This document shows positions 25,518 to 38,004 of a DNA stretch of 64,000 bases, one piece after another; within the stretch, counting starts at the first letter, position 1, and each line of letters starts with the position of its first letter. This DNA is from Macrostomum lignano (Eukaryota). The notes below the pieces were generated by a model. It saw only the letters and a program-made list of their open reading frames with translations, did not search any database and was not told the DNA's origin. The DNA is taken from NCBI GenBank assembly GCA_002269645.1, contig NIVC01000934.1, positions 1 through 64,000 of the forward strand, in the 5' to 3' direction. Position numbers and translations under genes: made by a program.

Positions 25518-26459
25518 CGAGGGGTGTCCCAAAAGTTCCCAGGATGTCCAATGTAGCTCTTTAACGGAGCCATGAAATTTCACGCCCATGGTGTCAAATA
25601 AAAGAAAATTTTGTCACAAAGAAAACAAAGTTAAAATCATTTTTTATTTAGAAGCTGCAGCAAGAAATGTGTGCGGAGGTCATGGCAATAATTTTAAACA
25701 ATAAAACACAGAACAGTTCACACCATTAATGTTGGGGCATGCACCAATTCAAAATTCAAAGCAAATTGTCAAGCTCAACCTGTGGCTTCTCCACATAGTC
25801 CCTATTCAGCTGGACACACCTCTGCTACCTTGAAAGCACGCCATCGATGGCCTAGGCAAAAACACTTCAAGGCATTTCATGCAGGATAACACAATGAGTG
25901 AAGTTTTCAAGTTCACTGTAGTTCTCAAACACCAGGCCACAAAGAAGTTTCTTGATTTGTGGAAAGATAGCAAAATTGCCAGTGGTCAGAAATCTTAGCT
26001 CCACTCCATTCTACTGACCAAAGGACAAAACTTGACTTTACTGACTTTCAAGGCTCTGAAGAGAACTCATTTTTGCAAAGAAATTTCAAGTTGAAAGCAA
26101 GCACTTTACACTTTATTATCTGCACTCGCACAAAAGCTCAGATTAGCTTTATGAGCATTTCTGCTTTTTTCCATAGACACTACCACATCTTTCTGACATG
26201 TCAGTAGCACAAATTCAAAATGAAAATATCCAAAAATGGAGATGAAAATTTATTTTCATTGATATGTGAGATTGTGTAACACTACCCTGACCTTCACATA
26301 CATTTCTTATGGCAGCTCTTGAATAAAAAAAGATATCAACATGATTTCAACTTTTTTTCTTTGTGACAAAATTTCCTTTCATTTGACACCATGGGCATGA
26401 AATTTCATGGCTCCATTGAAGAGCTACGTTAGACATTCCGGGAACTTTTGGGACACTCA
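25518..26459 (-). mobile_element. Internally deleted, degenerate mariner (Tc1/mariner) DNA transposon
   Basis: ~120-bp imperfect TIRs at 25518-25640 and 26341-26459 (TA-CGAGGGGTGTCCCAAAAGTTCCC... / ...GGGAACTTTTGGGACACTCA-TA) with TA flanks. Minus-strand transposase remnants: N-terminal MEKSRNAHKANLSFC (ATG 26174) and C-terminal FAIFPQIKKLLCGLVFENYSELE...AIDGVLSR*QRCVQLNRDYVEK (ending ~25786), with internal stops. Confidence 0.85.
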
Positions 26460-27087
26460 TATTTACTCAGTTTTTAGCCATAAGATTCAAAGGATATCTT
26501 ATCCTACGATTTACCCAGAATTATAGTAATTTTGCTTAGGTTTCTATCATAGGTAGGTCACATTTTTAATCTTTTAAAGTTTTAAGTTGCATGGCCAGTA
26601 TAAATCAAGGATGTTATGCATGTACGAGTATATAGTGTAGTATGATATACCTAAAATTATTATAGTGGTCTCTTGTCTTTAAAGCTATAACAAGTCTAAC
26701 CTTTGGCTTTCTATAAGCAAGCCCATTAAATTAGCATCTTATAAGTCTGATTTCTAGACTATCTTAGATTTGAAATTTTAACAAAAAATTAACACTGAGC
26801 TGAAGATTACATGATAACTTTAAAACACAAATCTTTGACATAAGCATAGCAAGCAAAGCAAAAAGAGAAAAAGGGTGATGCCCTTGCCCCTAGCTAGACC
26901 AATAAACAACTTGACATTATTTTTGCCTTTTTGTGTTTTTTCTTTATTATTTTATGTGACACTTCAGACAAACTACTGAAAGAAGAGTATTCTAAGGCAA
27001 AGAATTTTGTTTACATTTTTTAAGCCTAATGACTCACAAAGTGCATACTTAATGGTTACTAATTTTATAATTTCAATGATGAATAAA

Positions 27088-28818
27088 GCTTGTCTATTGG
27101 ATGGAACTACCTTCAGGACAGTGGTGGAACCTGATAATATTTGTAATTGTCTATTGGATAGAACTACCTTCAGGACAGTGGTAAAACCTGATAATATTTG
27201 TAATTGTCTATTGGATGGAACTACCTTCAGGACAGTGGTAAAACCTGATAATATTTGTAATTGTCTATTGGATGGAACTACCTTCAGGATAGTGGTGGAA
27301 CCTGATAATATTTGTAATTGTCTATTGGATGGAACTACCTTCAGGATAGTGGTGGAACCTGATAATATTTGTACAAATTGTCTATTGGATGGAACTACCT
27401 TCAGGATAGTGGTGGAACCTGATAATATTTGTAATTGTCTATTGGATGGAACTACCTTCAGGATAGTGGTGGAACCTGATAATATTTGTAATTGTCTATT
27501 GGATGGAACTATCTTCAGGATAGTGGTGGAACCTGATAATATTTGTAATTGTCTATTGGATAGAACTGTCTTCAGGACAGTGGTGGAACCTGATAATATT
27601 TGTAATTGTCTATTGGATGGAACTGTCTTCAGGATAGTGGTGGAACCTGATAATATTTGTAATTGTCTATTGGATGGAACTACCTTCAGGATAGTGGTGG
27701 AACCTGATAATATTTGTAATTGTCTATTGGATGGAACTATCTTCAGGATAGTGGTAAAACCTGATAATATTTGTAATTGTCTATTGGATGGAACTACCTT
27801 CAGGATAGTGGTGGAACCTGATAATATTTGTAATTGTCTATTGGATGGAACTACCTTCAGGATAGTGGTGGAACCTGATAATATTTGTAATTGTCTATTG
27901 GATAGAACTACCTTCAGGATAGTGGTGGAACCTGATAATATTTGTAATTGTCTATTGGATGGAACTACCTTCAGGATAGTGGTGGAACCTGATTATATTT
28001 GTAATTGTCTATTTGATGGAACTACCTTCAGGATAGTGGTAGAGCCTGATAATATTTGTACAAATTGTCTATTGGATGGAACTACCTTCAGGATAGTGGT
28101 GGAACCTGATAATATTTGTAATTGTCTATTGGATGGAACTACCTTCAGGATAGTGGTGGAACCTGATAATATTTGTAATTGTCTATTGGATAGAACTACC
28201 TTCAGGATAGTGGTGGAACCTGATAATATTTGTAATTGTCTATTGGATGGAACTACCTTCAGGATAGTGGTGGAACCTGATTATATTTGTAATTGTCTAT
28301 TTGATGGAACTGTCTTCAGGATAGTGGTGGAACCTGATAAAATTTGTAATTGTCTATTGGATGGAACTGTCTTCAGGATAGTGGTGGAACCTGATAATAT
28401 TTGTACAAATTGTCTATTGGATGGAACTACCTTCAGGATAGTGGTGGAGCCTGATAATATTTGTACAAATTGTCTATTGGATGGAACTACCTTCAGGATA
28501 GTGGTAGAGCCTGATAATATTTGTACAAATTGTCTATTGGATGGAACTACCTTCAGGATAGTGGTGGAACCTGATTATATTTGTAATTGTCTATTGGATG
28601 GAACTGTCTTCAGGATAGTGGTGGAACCTGATAATATTTGTACAAATTGTCTATTGGATGGAACTACCTTCAGGATAGTGGTGGAACCTGATAATATTTG
28701 TACAAATTGTCTATTGGATGGAACTACCTTCAGGATAGTGGTGGAACCTGATAATATTTGTAATTGTCTATTGGATGGAACTGTCTTCAGGACAGTGGTG
28801 GAACCTGATAATATTTGT
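27088..28818. repeat. 57/60-bp tandem array (TTGTCTATTGGATGGAACTACCTTCAGGATAGTGGTGGAACCTGATAATATTTGTAA), ~30 copies
   Basis: Direct reading; produces the 629-aa ORF. Confidence 0.95.
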
Positions 28819-28900
28819 ATATTTTGTTATTTTTTACTTTACTATTCATTAGGCCTCATGCCTAATGAATCCATTAGTCATCCAATAGTCTTGTAGCAAT

Positions 28901-31900
28901 ATGGGGCTGCTTGGTCATTTCTTTAGCCATGACACTGTGGGCATGCGGATTACAGCCATTGTTTGTGATGGGGCTGCAGCCATTGTTTGTGATGGGGCTG
29001 CAGCCATTGTTTGTGATGGGGCTGCAGCCATTGTTTGTGATGGGGCTGCAGCTCACCACAGCCAATCAGAATCAGAAGCAGAAGCATTCCTCTTCCAGAA
29101 GCAGCCACAGCAGCAGCAGCAGCAGTCACCGCCGCTGGTTCCACCATGCCGCAGGTGCGCCAACCCGTTGCCAGACACAGACAACATCGACGCTGCCGAC
29201 TCGGCTGTCTTCGACTCCGATGAGCCCCGGCTGCGCCGTCTGGCACCACCGCCCGACCGCCTGCTGCCCGGCGAGCGCCTGCTGCATGTTGGCGCCTCCT
29301 CTGATGGCGGCGCCGTGGCGCTCACCAACTACCGACTGCTGCTGATCGGCGCCTGCGGCCGCCTCTCCGCCTGCCTGCCCGCCGGCATCCTGGAGCGGCC
29401 TGCCGTCATCGCCGACGCCCCCACCGCCTACCTGCTGAATGGCGGAGCCGCCGAGCCTGCCGACTCCGCCGCTCCGACCGAGGCTCAGCCCGATGACGAA
29501 CTTGCCGACTCGAGAGGTTGGTTGCGGGTTCGAATTCCAGACTCTGAGTAGGGATTTGAGATACTCGACATCCCAGATTCTAGTTCGGATTTGAGAAATT
29601 CTACATGTCAGATTCACTCAGATTCTAAGTTGGGATTTGGGACAGTTGATTGACAGCCCTGATTCTGAACAGGGGTTTGGGAAATTTTATTTCCAAGATT
29701 GAGTTTTATGATAACATGATGGTACTTTTAAATTACGAACTCGACATCACACATCCGACATCCCAAATCTGACATACCAAATCCGACATTCCCAATCCGA
29801 CATCCCAATCCGACATACCAAAATTCGACATCCCAATCCGAAATCCCAAATCCGAAATCCCAATCCGACATCACACATCAGACATCCAAATCCGACATCC
29901 CAATCCGACATCCAAAATCCGACATCCCAATCCGACATCCAAAATCCGACATCCCAATCCGACATCCAAAATCCGAAATTCGAAATCCGACATTGCTGAT
30001 CCGATATCCCAATTCGACATCCCAATCCGACATCCCAAAATCCGACATCCCGATCCGACATCCCAATCCGAAATCCCAAATCCGAAATCCCAATCCGACA
30101 TCACACATCAGACATCCCAATCCGACATCCAAAATCCGACATCCAAAATCCGACATCCCAATCCGGCATCCAAAATCCGACATCCAAAATCCGAAATTGC
30201 TGATCCGACATCCAAAATTAAATCCAACATCTCCGCCCCCGCAGCCGACGCCGCAAAGCCCGGCCGTCGCGAGGCCTCCCGCCTCCTGCTGGCCAGCCGG
30301 ACCGGCCGCGTCCCGCTCCGCCTCGGCTTCCCCCGGCCTGGCGACGCGGCCATCTGGGCTGAGCGGCTGGACCCGGCCGGCCCGCTGGCCTGCAGCTCGG
30401 ACAGGGCCGGCGTTGGCGCCGCGCTCCGCTGTCAGGCCGATGATCGCCGGTTCGACTTGTACGCTGCCGAGCTGAGCAGGGAGGAGTTCCTGGTTGGTGC
30501 CGACTGACTGCGGCTGGCTTGGGGCCGGAGGCAGAGAGGGGAAGCACCACGCAATCTCTTGGTTTGAGGAGGTTGTCATGCGATTTAAACCTTGTGAGGG
30601 CCGACTCCGAACACAGCTATATAGAGCTGCTGTACACCCTGAGTGAGCGTGTGCATGGGTGCACATACATGCGCAACCCCCTGATTTACATCGACCGTGC
30701 AACTGACCAAAATTCGTAATTTTGGGTAAACAGCAGGAGTAACTATAACTGTACTAGTAAGGTTAAATGCCTCGTCATCCAATGAGTACGTTTCTCTTAT
30801 TTTTGGGTGGACCCGCGAATATTTATCTGAGGTAGAGAGAAGCGAGGAGGCCACGCACTCCAAAGCTCAAAAAGAGACAATAACATGACCTTCAACTGTC
30901 CCGCCGGGCTCGCAGGCTGAGCAAGTTCGCCTCGGCCTGATCAGCCCTGGCAGCTCCGAACCCGGCCAGTGGCGCCAGGCGGAGTCGCCTGCCGGCCTGT
31001 GTCCGAGCTACCCCAGGCTGCACATCCTGCCCGCCGGCCTGTCCGACGCTGAGCTCGCGCTGTCCGCCAAGTACCGCGCCAACGGCCGCTTCCCCAGCGT
31101 GGTCTGGCGCTGCTCCACCACCGGCGCCGTGCTGGCGAGGTCTGCACAGCCGCTGGTCGGGCTCGCCGGCCTGCTTGGCTGGCGCTGCGAGGCTGACGAG
31201 AAACTCGTGAGATTGCTGACGCCCAGGCCGGAGAGCAAGGTGAGGCTGGTGGCACTGAGATAAGCACTGAGATGGGTACTGAGATGGGTACTGAGATGGG
31301 TACTGAGATAAGCACTGAGATGGGCACTGAGATAAGCACTGAGATGGGCACTGAGATAAGCACTGAGATGGGTACTGAGATAAGCACTGAGATAAGCACT
31401 AAGATAGGCACTGAGATAAGCACTGAGATGGGCACTGAGATAAGCACTGAGATGGGCACTGAGATAAGCACTGAGATAAGCACTGAGATGGGCACTGAGA
31501 TAAGCACTGAGATAAGCACTGAGATGGGTACTGAGATAAGCATTGAGATGGGCACTGAGATGGGCACTGAGATAAGCACTGAGATGGGTACCGAGATAAG
31601 CACTGAGATGGGTACTGAGATAAGCACTGAGATAAGCACTAAGATAGGCACTGAGATAAGCACTGAGATAAGCACTGAGATGGGTACTGAGATAAGCACT
31701 GAGATAAGCACTGAGATGGGCCCAGATAAGCATTGAGATGGGTACTGAGATAAGCACTGAGATGGGCACTGAGATAAGCACTGAGATGGGCACTGAGATA
31801 AGCACTGAGATAAGCACTGAGATGGGCACTGAGATAAGCACTGAGATGGGTACTGAGATAAGCATTGAGATGGGCACTGAGATAAGCACTGAGATGGGTA

Positions 31901-34900
31901 CTGAGAAAAGCACTGAGATGGGTACCGAGATAAGCACTGAGATGGGTACTGAGATAAGCACTGAGATGGGTACTGAGATAAGCACTGAGATGGGTACTGA
32001 GATAAGCACTGAGATGGGTACTGAGATAAGCACTGAGATGGGTACTGAGATAAGCACTGAGATAAGCACTGAGAAGGGTACCGAGATAAGCACTGAGATG
32101 GGTACTCAGATAAGCACTGAGATGGGTACTGAGATAAGCACTGAGATGGGTACTGAGATAAGCACTGAGATGGGTACTGAGATAAGCACTGAGATAAGCA
32201 CTGAGAAGGGTACCGAGATAATCACTGAGATGGGTACTCAGATAAGCACTGAGATGGGTACTGAGATAAGCACTGAGATGAGCACTGAGATAAGCACTGA
32301 TATAAGCACTGAGATAAGCACTGAGATGGGTACTGAGATAAGCACTGAGATAAGCACTGAGATAAGCATTGAGATGGGTACTGAGATAAGCACTGAGATG
32401 GGCACTGAGATAAGCACTGAGATGGGCACTGAGATAAGCACTGAGATGAGCACTGAGATAAGCACTGAGATAAGCACTGAGATGGGCACTGAGATAAGCA
32501 CTGAGATGGGTACTCAGATAAGCATTGAGATGGGCACTGAGATAAGCACTGAGATAAGCACTGAGATGGGTACTGAGATAAGCACTGAGATAAGCACTGA
32601 GATGGGCACTGAGATAAGCACTGAGAATGGTACTGAGATAAGCACTGAGAAGGGTACCGAGATAAGCACTGAGATGGGCACTGAGATAAGCATTGAGATA
32701 AGCACTGAGATGGGTACTGAGATAAGCACTGAGATGGGTACTCAGATAAGCACTGAGATGGGTACTGAGATAAGCACTGAGATGAGCACTGAGATAAGCA
32801 CTGAGATGAGCACTGAGATAAGCACTGAGATGGGTACTGAGATAAGCACTGAGATAAGCATTGAGATGGGCACTGAGATAAGCACTGATATAAGCACTGA
32901 GATAAGCACTGAGATGGGTACTGAGATAAGCATTGAGATGGGTACTGAGATAAGCACTGAGATGGGCACTGAGATAAGCATTGAGATAAGCACTGAGATG
33001 GGTACTGAGATAAGCACTGAGATGGGTACTGAGATAAGCACTGAGATGGGCACTGAGATAAGCACTGATATAAGCACTGAGATAAGCACTGAGATAAGCA
33101 CTGAGATGGGTACTGAGATAAGCATTGAGATGGGTACTGAGATAAGCACTGAGATGGGCACTGAGATAAGCATTGAGATGGGCATTGGGATGGGTACTGA
33201 GAAAAGCACGGAGATAAGCATTGAGATGGGCACGGAGATAAGCATTGAGATGGGCACTGAGATAAGCACTGAGATAAGCACTGAGATAAGCATTGAGATG
33301 GGCACTGAGATAAGCACTGAGATAAGCATTGAGATGGGCACTGAGATAAGCACTGAGATGAAGTGGGCACTGAGATGAGATGGGCACTGAGATGAAGAGG
33401 TGCACTGAGATGAGATGGGCACTGAGATGAAGTGGGCACTGAGATGAAGTGGGCACTGAGATGAAGTTGGCACTGAGAGCGCCCCGGTGCCGCCCGCAGG
33501 TGCTGGTGGCGGACGCCCGGCCCTACTCGGCAGCGCTGGGCAACGGCACCATGGGCGGAGGCTACGAGAGGCCGGAGTACTACAGCGGCACGGAGATCGA
33601 GTACCTCGGCCTGCCCAACCTGCACGCTGTGCGCAACAGCTTCGCCGCCATGCGAGTCCTGCTCAGCGCCGCTGCCCCACCACAGCCCGCCACGCCCGCC
33701 TGCCCCGGCTCCGGCCTGGTGCCAGTCGGCGGCCGAGTCTCCTTGAGCCCGGCTGAGCTGGAGAGCACCGGCTGGCTGCAGCTGGTCTCCAGCCTGCTCA
33801 GCGGCGCTGACAGAATCGCGCAGGTGCTCACTGGCGAGGGCCGCTCAGTGCTGGTGCACTGCTCAGACGGCTGGGACCGGACTCCGCAGCTCACCTGCCT
33901 GAGCCTGCTGCTGTGCGACCCGCACTACCGCACACTGGCCGGCTTCCGGCTGCTGCTCACCCGCGAATGGCTGGACTTCGGCCACAAGTTCGCCGACAGG
34001 TGCGGCAACTCCGCCGGCTGCGTCAACTCAAAGACTGGCTTCGGCAGCGGCGGCGGCGGAGTCGGTGGCTCCTCGGCTGCAAACAGCAGCAGCAGCAGCA
34101 GCGAGAGGTCGCCGATCTTCCTGCAGTTCCTGGACTGCGCGCACCAGCTGCTGGCGCAGTTCCCGCAGGAGTTCGAGTTCACCGACCTGCTGCTGCGGCG
34201 TCTGGCCGTCCACTGCCACTCCGGCCTGTTCCCCGCCCTGGCCGCCAACACCGCCGCCGAGCGAGCCGCCCGCGGCCTGTCCGAGCAGTCGCTCTGCCCC
34301 TGGCACCTCCTGCGGCTTCGTGGCGTCGCGAATCCCCGATTCAGCCAGCAGCTGCAGCTCCTGCGGCCAGCCACGGCTCCGTCTGGTCTGCGATTCTGGC
34401 GCGAGATGTACGCGCCTGTGCCCGACCCCCGGCTGGACTGGGACTGCCTGGACTGGGACGGCCTGCCTGCCGACTCGGATGAGGTTTGTTGAGGGGGCAT
34501 GTGCGGGATTCGTTTAATAGGATTGATTGATTCCGGCGCTTTTGGCCATTTTTCCATGGTAATCCCGTGTTATTTTAGGGATTTTGCAGGGGAGATTTCC
34601 TTCGATACTAGGGATTTCCTAGGGGAGATTCCTTCGATACTAGGGATTTCCTAGGGGAGATTTCCTTCGATACTAGGGATTTCCTAGGGGAGATTCCTTC
34701 GATACTAGGGATTTCCCAGGGGATATTCCTTCGATACTAGGGATTTCCCAGGGGGGATTCCTTCGATACTAGGGATTTCCCAGGGGAGATTTCCTTCGAT
34801 ACTAGGGATTTCCCAGGGGAGATTCCTTCGATACTAGGGATTTCCCAGGGGAGATTCCTTCGATACTAGGGATTTTCTAGGGGAGATTCCTTCGATACTA

Positions 34901-37759
34901 GGGATTTCCTAGGGGAGATTCCTTCGATACTAGGGATTTCCCAGGGGAGATTTCCTTCGATACTAGGGATTTCCCAGGGGAGATTCCTTCGATACTAGGG
35001 ATTTCCCAGGGGAGATTTCCTTCGATACTAGGGATTTCCCAGGGGAGATTCCTTCGATACTAGGGATTTCCCAGGGGAGATTCCTTCGATACTAGGGATT
35101 TCCCAGGGGAGATTCCTCCGATGCTAGGGATTTCCCAGTGGAGATTTCTGAGATGTTGGGGATTTCCCAGGAGAGCTTTTTTGAGATGTTGGGGGTTTCC
35201 AAGTGGAGTTTCTTTTAGTGTTAGGGATTTCCCAGTGAGATTCCTTTGATTTTGGGAATTTCCTAGTAGAGATTCCTTTGATTTTGGGGATTTCTTAAAA
35301 AAAGATTCCATTACTTTTTAAAATTCACCAGTTAAGTTCTGTTGGAGTGTTTTGGACTGCCTCTGCCCGAAATTCCGCACGTATTGGACTGTTAAAAATT
35401 TGTAAAAATAACAGGTTTTATTATTTAAATGTAAACTTGCCAATGGCGTCTGCTGGCTCTGTTGGCGCACTTGCGCATTTCTATAAATACCCTGCGTCTT
35501 CACAGATAGCGGCACACTGGCGCTTGGCTTTGTCACGTGTTGTTCGTCTGTGTGTCTGTCTGTGTGTGTGTCTGTTATCACCCATATCACCGTGTGCTTG
35601 TCTGTCTTTTAACTTCTTCGTCTTGCATGAGGTGGGCGTTGAAGCCAGCTATCTGCGTGCCTCCAGCTCGGGTCTCTGACTAACTTTTTTGTACCAGTGA
35701 TTTTGCCGCAACTCTGGCGAGCTTGTTCGGTATTCGATGTGGGATAGTTTGCTGGGAAAATACCGAAAAAAATCTATATTGAGGCGATTCTGCCAAATCC
35801 GTTGGCTTCTGAGCACGCAGGCCCGCACTCGTACACAGCTCACTCCGGGTGTGCAGCGGTCCTGACTTTGCTGTCGTCAGGAATGTACACTCTGTGTGCT
35901 TTTAGTTTAGGTTAGGTTAGGTTTAGTTTAGGTTAGGTTTAGTTTAGGTTAGGTTTAGTTTAGTTTAGGTTTGGTTTAGGTTTGATTTAGTTTGGTTTAG
36001 GTTTATTTTAGTTTAGGTATAGTTAAGGTTTGATTTAGTTTAGGTTAGGTTTTGTTTAGGTTAGGTTTTGTTTAGGTTAGGTTTAGTTTAGTTTAGGTTT
36101 GCTTTAGTTTAGTTTAGGTTTGGTTTCGTTTAGGTATAGTTTAGGTTAGGTTTAGTTTAGGTATAGTTTAGGTTTGTTTTAGGTTTGATTTAGTTTGGTT
36201 TAGGTTTATTTTAGTTTAGGTATAGTTAAGGTTTGATTTAGTTTAGTTTAAGTTTAGTTTAGGTTTAGTCTAGTTTAGGACTAGCATAATTTGACCCGTT
36301 AACTTCTAGACTTCGTAGAGAGAAATTTCGTAAAGAAACTTCAAAACAGTTAGGACTCAAAACTGTATCCGACTTTATTTTAACTCTATCCGACTCACCG
36401 GGTAGACTTTATCCAACTCAAACACCATTTACTTTGTCAAAACTTCCATCCCGTTAGACTTATTTAACATTTGGAAAACCCCTATGCTCACTGGACTGTA
36501 AAAAAAATTATTGATTATCATTAAAAATTTTTATGATAATTATAAAATTATCACCCAGACAGCAGGCATCCCCCAGACAGCAAGCATCCCCCAGACAGCA
36601 AGCATCACCCAGACAGCAAGCATCACCCAGACAGCAAGCATCACCCAGACAGCAAGCATCCCCCAGACAGCAAGCATCCCCCAGACAGCAAGCATCACCC
36701 AGACAGCAGGCATCACCCAGACAGCAAGCATCACGCAGACAGCAGGCATCACCCAAACAGCAAGCATCCCCCAGACAGCAAGCATCACCCAGACAGCAAG
36801 CATCACCCAGACAGCAAGCATCACCCAGACAGCAAGCATCACCCAGACAGCAAGCATCACCCAGACAGCAAGCATCCCCTAGACAGCAAGCATCACGCAG
36901 ACAGCAGGCATCACCCAGACAGCAAGCATCCCCCAGATAGCAAGCATCACCCAGACAGCAAGCATCCCCCAGACAGCAAGCATCCCCCAGACAGCAGGCA
37001 TCACCCAGACAGCAAGCATCCCCCAGACAGCAAGCATCACCCAGACAGCAAGCATCCCCCAGACAGCAAGCATCCCCCAGACAGCAAGCATCACCCAGAC
37101 AGCAAGCATCACCCAGACAGCAAGCATCCCCCAGACAGCAGGCATCCCTCAGACAGCAAGCATCCCCCAGACAGCACGCAGCCACTAAGCATTTCTCTCC
37201 CTTGCATATACTATATAGTGGCGCAATACCTCAATTCTTTTAAAGTGCACAGGCTGATGTCTCACTCATGCAAAAAAGCGCTGCATTAACTCGTATTTAA
37301 TTATTTATCGCTCGTAGCATCAGCTCAGGAAGTTGAAGTTTAGTCTATGGCCATAGAGGCATTATTATTTTTCGAGCTCTCACTGCGAGAAGAATTCACT
37401 AATTAGATAGGGAAAACACAGTTTTTCGAGTATTAAACCCGTCCCGGGCACATTTGACATCTTTTGGTGAAGAAACGGAAAAAAATTGGTCAGGCCAATC
37501 GGCTTAAAACGTGAACTTTCTGGACAAACAAACATTTAGTTTAGGAAGGCACTGATTTATCCGCATCACTCTGCCTACTCCCCATCCCCAGGCAAAGCTC
37601 TCAGAGCTGTCCAGCCAGCTCTCCCAGCTCAGCTCGAGTCCCCGGCAGCCGAGCAGCAGTGACCAGCCGGAGCGCAGGCCAGAAGCCGCCGAAGAAGACT
37701 CGGTTCTGCAACAGCCGCCCCCGCCTTCACCGGACGGTCGCATAGCGGTGCAGTCCTGA
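28901..37759 (+). CDS. MTMR3/4: Myotubularin-related PI3P phosphatase, MTMR3/MTMR4-like; catalytic motif intact
   Basis: Exons ~28901-29516 (start uncertain; PH-GRAM LLPGE...ALTNYRL), 30245-30492, 30916-31239 (LCPSYP, RFPSVVWR, LARSAQPLVG), 33500-34483 (DARPYSAA, GGGYE, VLVHCSDGWDRTPQ, WLDFGHKFADRCG, SPIFLQFLDC) and putative terminal exon 37592-37759 (AKLSELSSQLSQL...*). All phases are consistent. DRTPQ and the PH-GRAM start point to the MTMR3/4 subfamily. Confidence 0.9.
29740..30215. repeat. CCGACATCC(C/A)AA(A)T 13-14-bp intronic repeat
   Basis: Lies in MTMR intron 1. Confidence 0.88.
30724..30790 (+). pseudogene. Degenerate 28S (LSU) rRNA-like fragment in MTMR intron 2
   Basis: GGGTAAACAGCAGGAGTAACTATAACTGTACTAGTAAGGTTAAATGCCTCGTCATCCAATGAGTACG versus the recalled conserved eukaryotic LSU GGGTAAACGGCGGGAGTAACTATGACTCTCTTAAGGTAGCCAAATGCCTCGTCATCTAATTAGTGACG. 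Confidence 0.7.
31252..33478. repeat. 12-bp array GCACTGAGATAA / G(T/C)ACTGAGATGG filling MTMR intron 3
   Basis: Direct reading; explains the TEIS/TEMG ORFs. Confidence 0.96.
34590..35135. repeat. 32/33-bp array TTCCTTCGATACTAGGGATTTCCCAGGGGAGA
   Basis: Direct reading. Confidence 0.92.
35905..36280. repeat. Degenerate (TTAGG/TTTAG)n simple repeat
   Basis: Direct reading. Confidence 0.88.
36552..37180. repeat. 18-bp array CCAGACAGCAAGCATC(A/C)C
   Basis: Direct reading. Confidence 0.95.
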
Positions 37760-38004
37760 GTTCGAGCCCTCCGCTCCGGTTCCCAAAGGCTTTCACTGTT
37801 AGTTATAAACAAATCCCCCTTCATTGAATTGCTTTGAAAAGCAGACTGAACGGTGGTTGGACTTTGCCGCGTGATTCATTATAAATAATTCGAATATCTA
37901 TCTATTCGCCGACATATTCGCCCAATGCTACTTCTTATCAGTAGGTTAGGTCGGCTTGTTTTTCCAATTTTTTTATTTAAAGCATTTTGCCAGCTAGTAA
38001 GAGA

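Noticed and set aside
31008-33625. Long TEIS/TEMG, LSAY and SQCL ORFs
   Set aside because: They come from the 12-bp array filling MTMR intron 3, with clean GT-AG boundaries at 31240 and 33499.
35905-36280. Interstitial telomere
   Set aside because: It is a degenerate TTAGG/TTTAG mix with no perfect (TTAGGG)n or long (TTAGG)n run; treated as a simple repeat.
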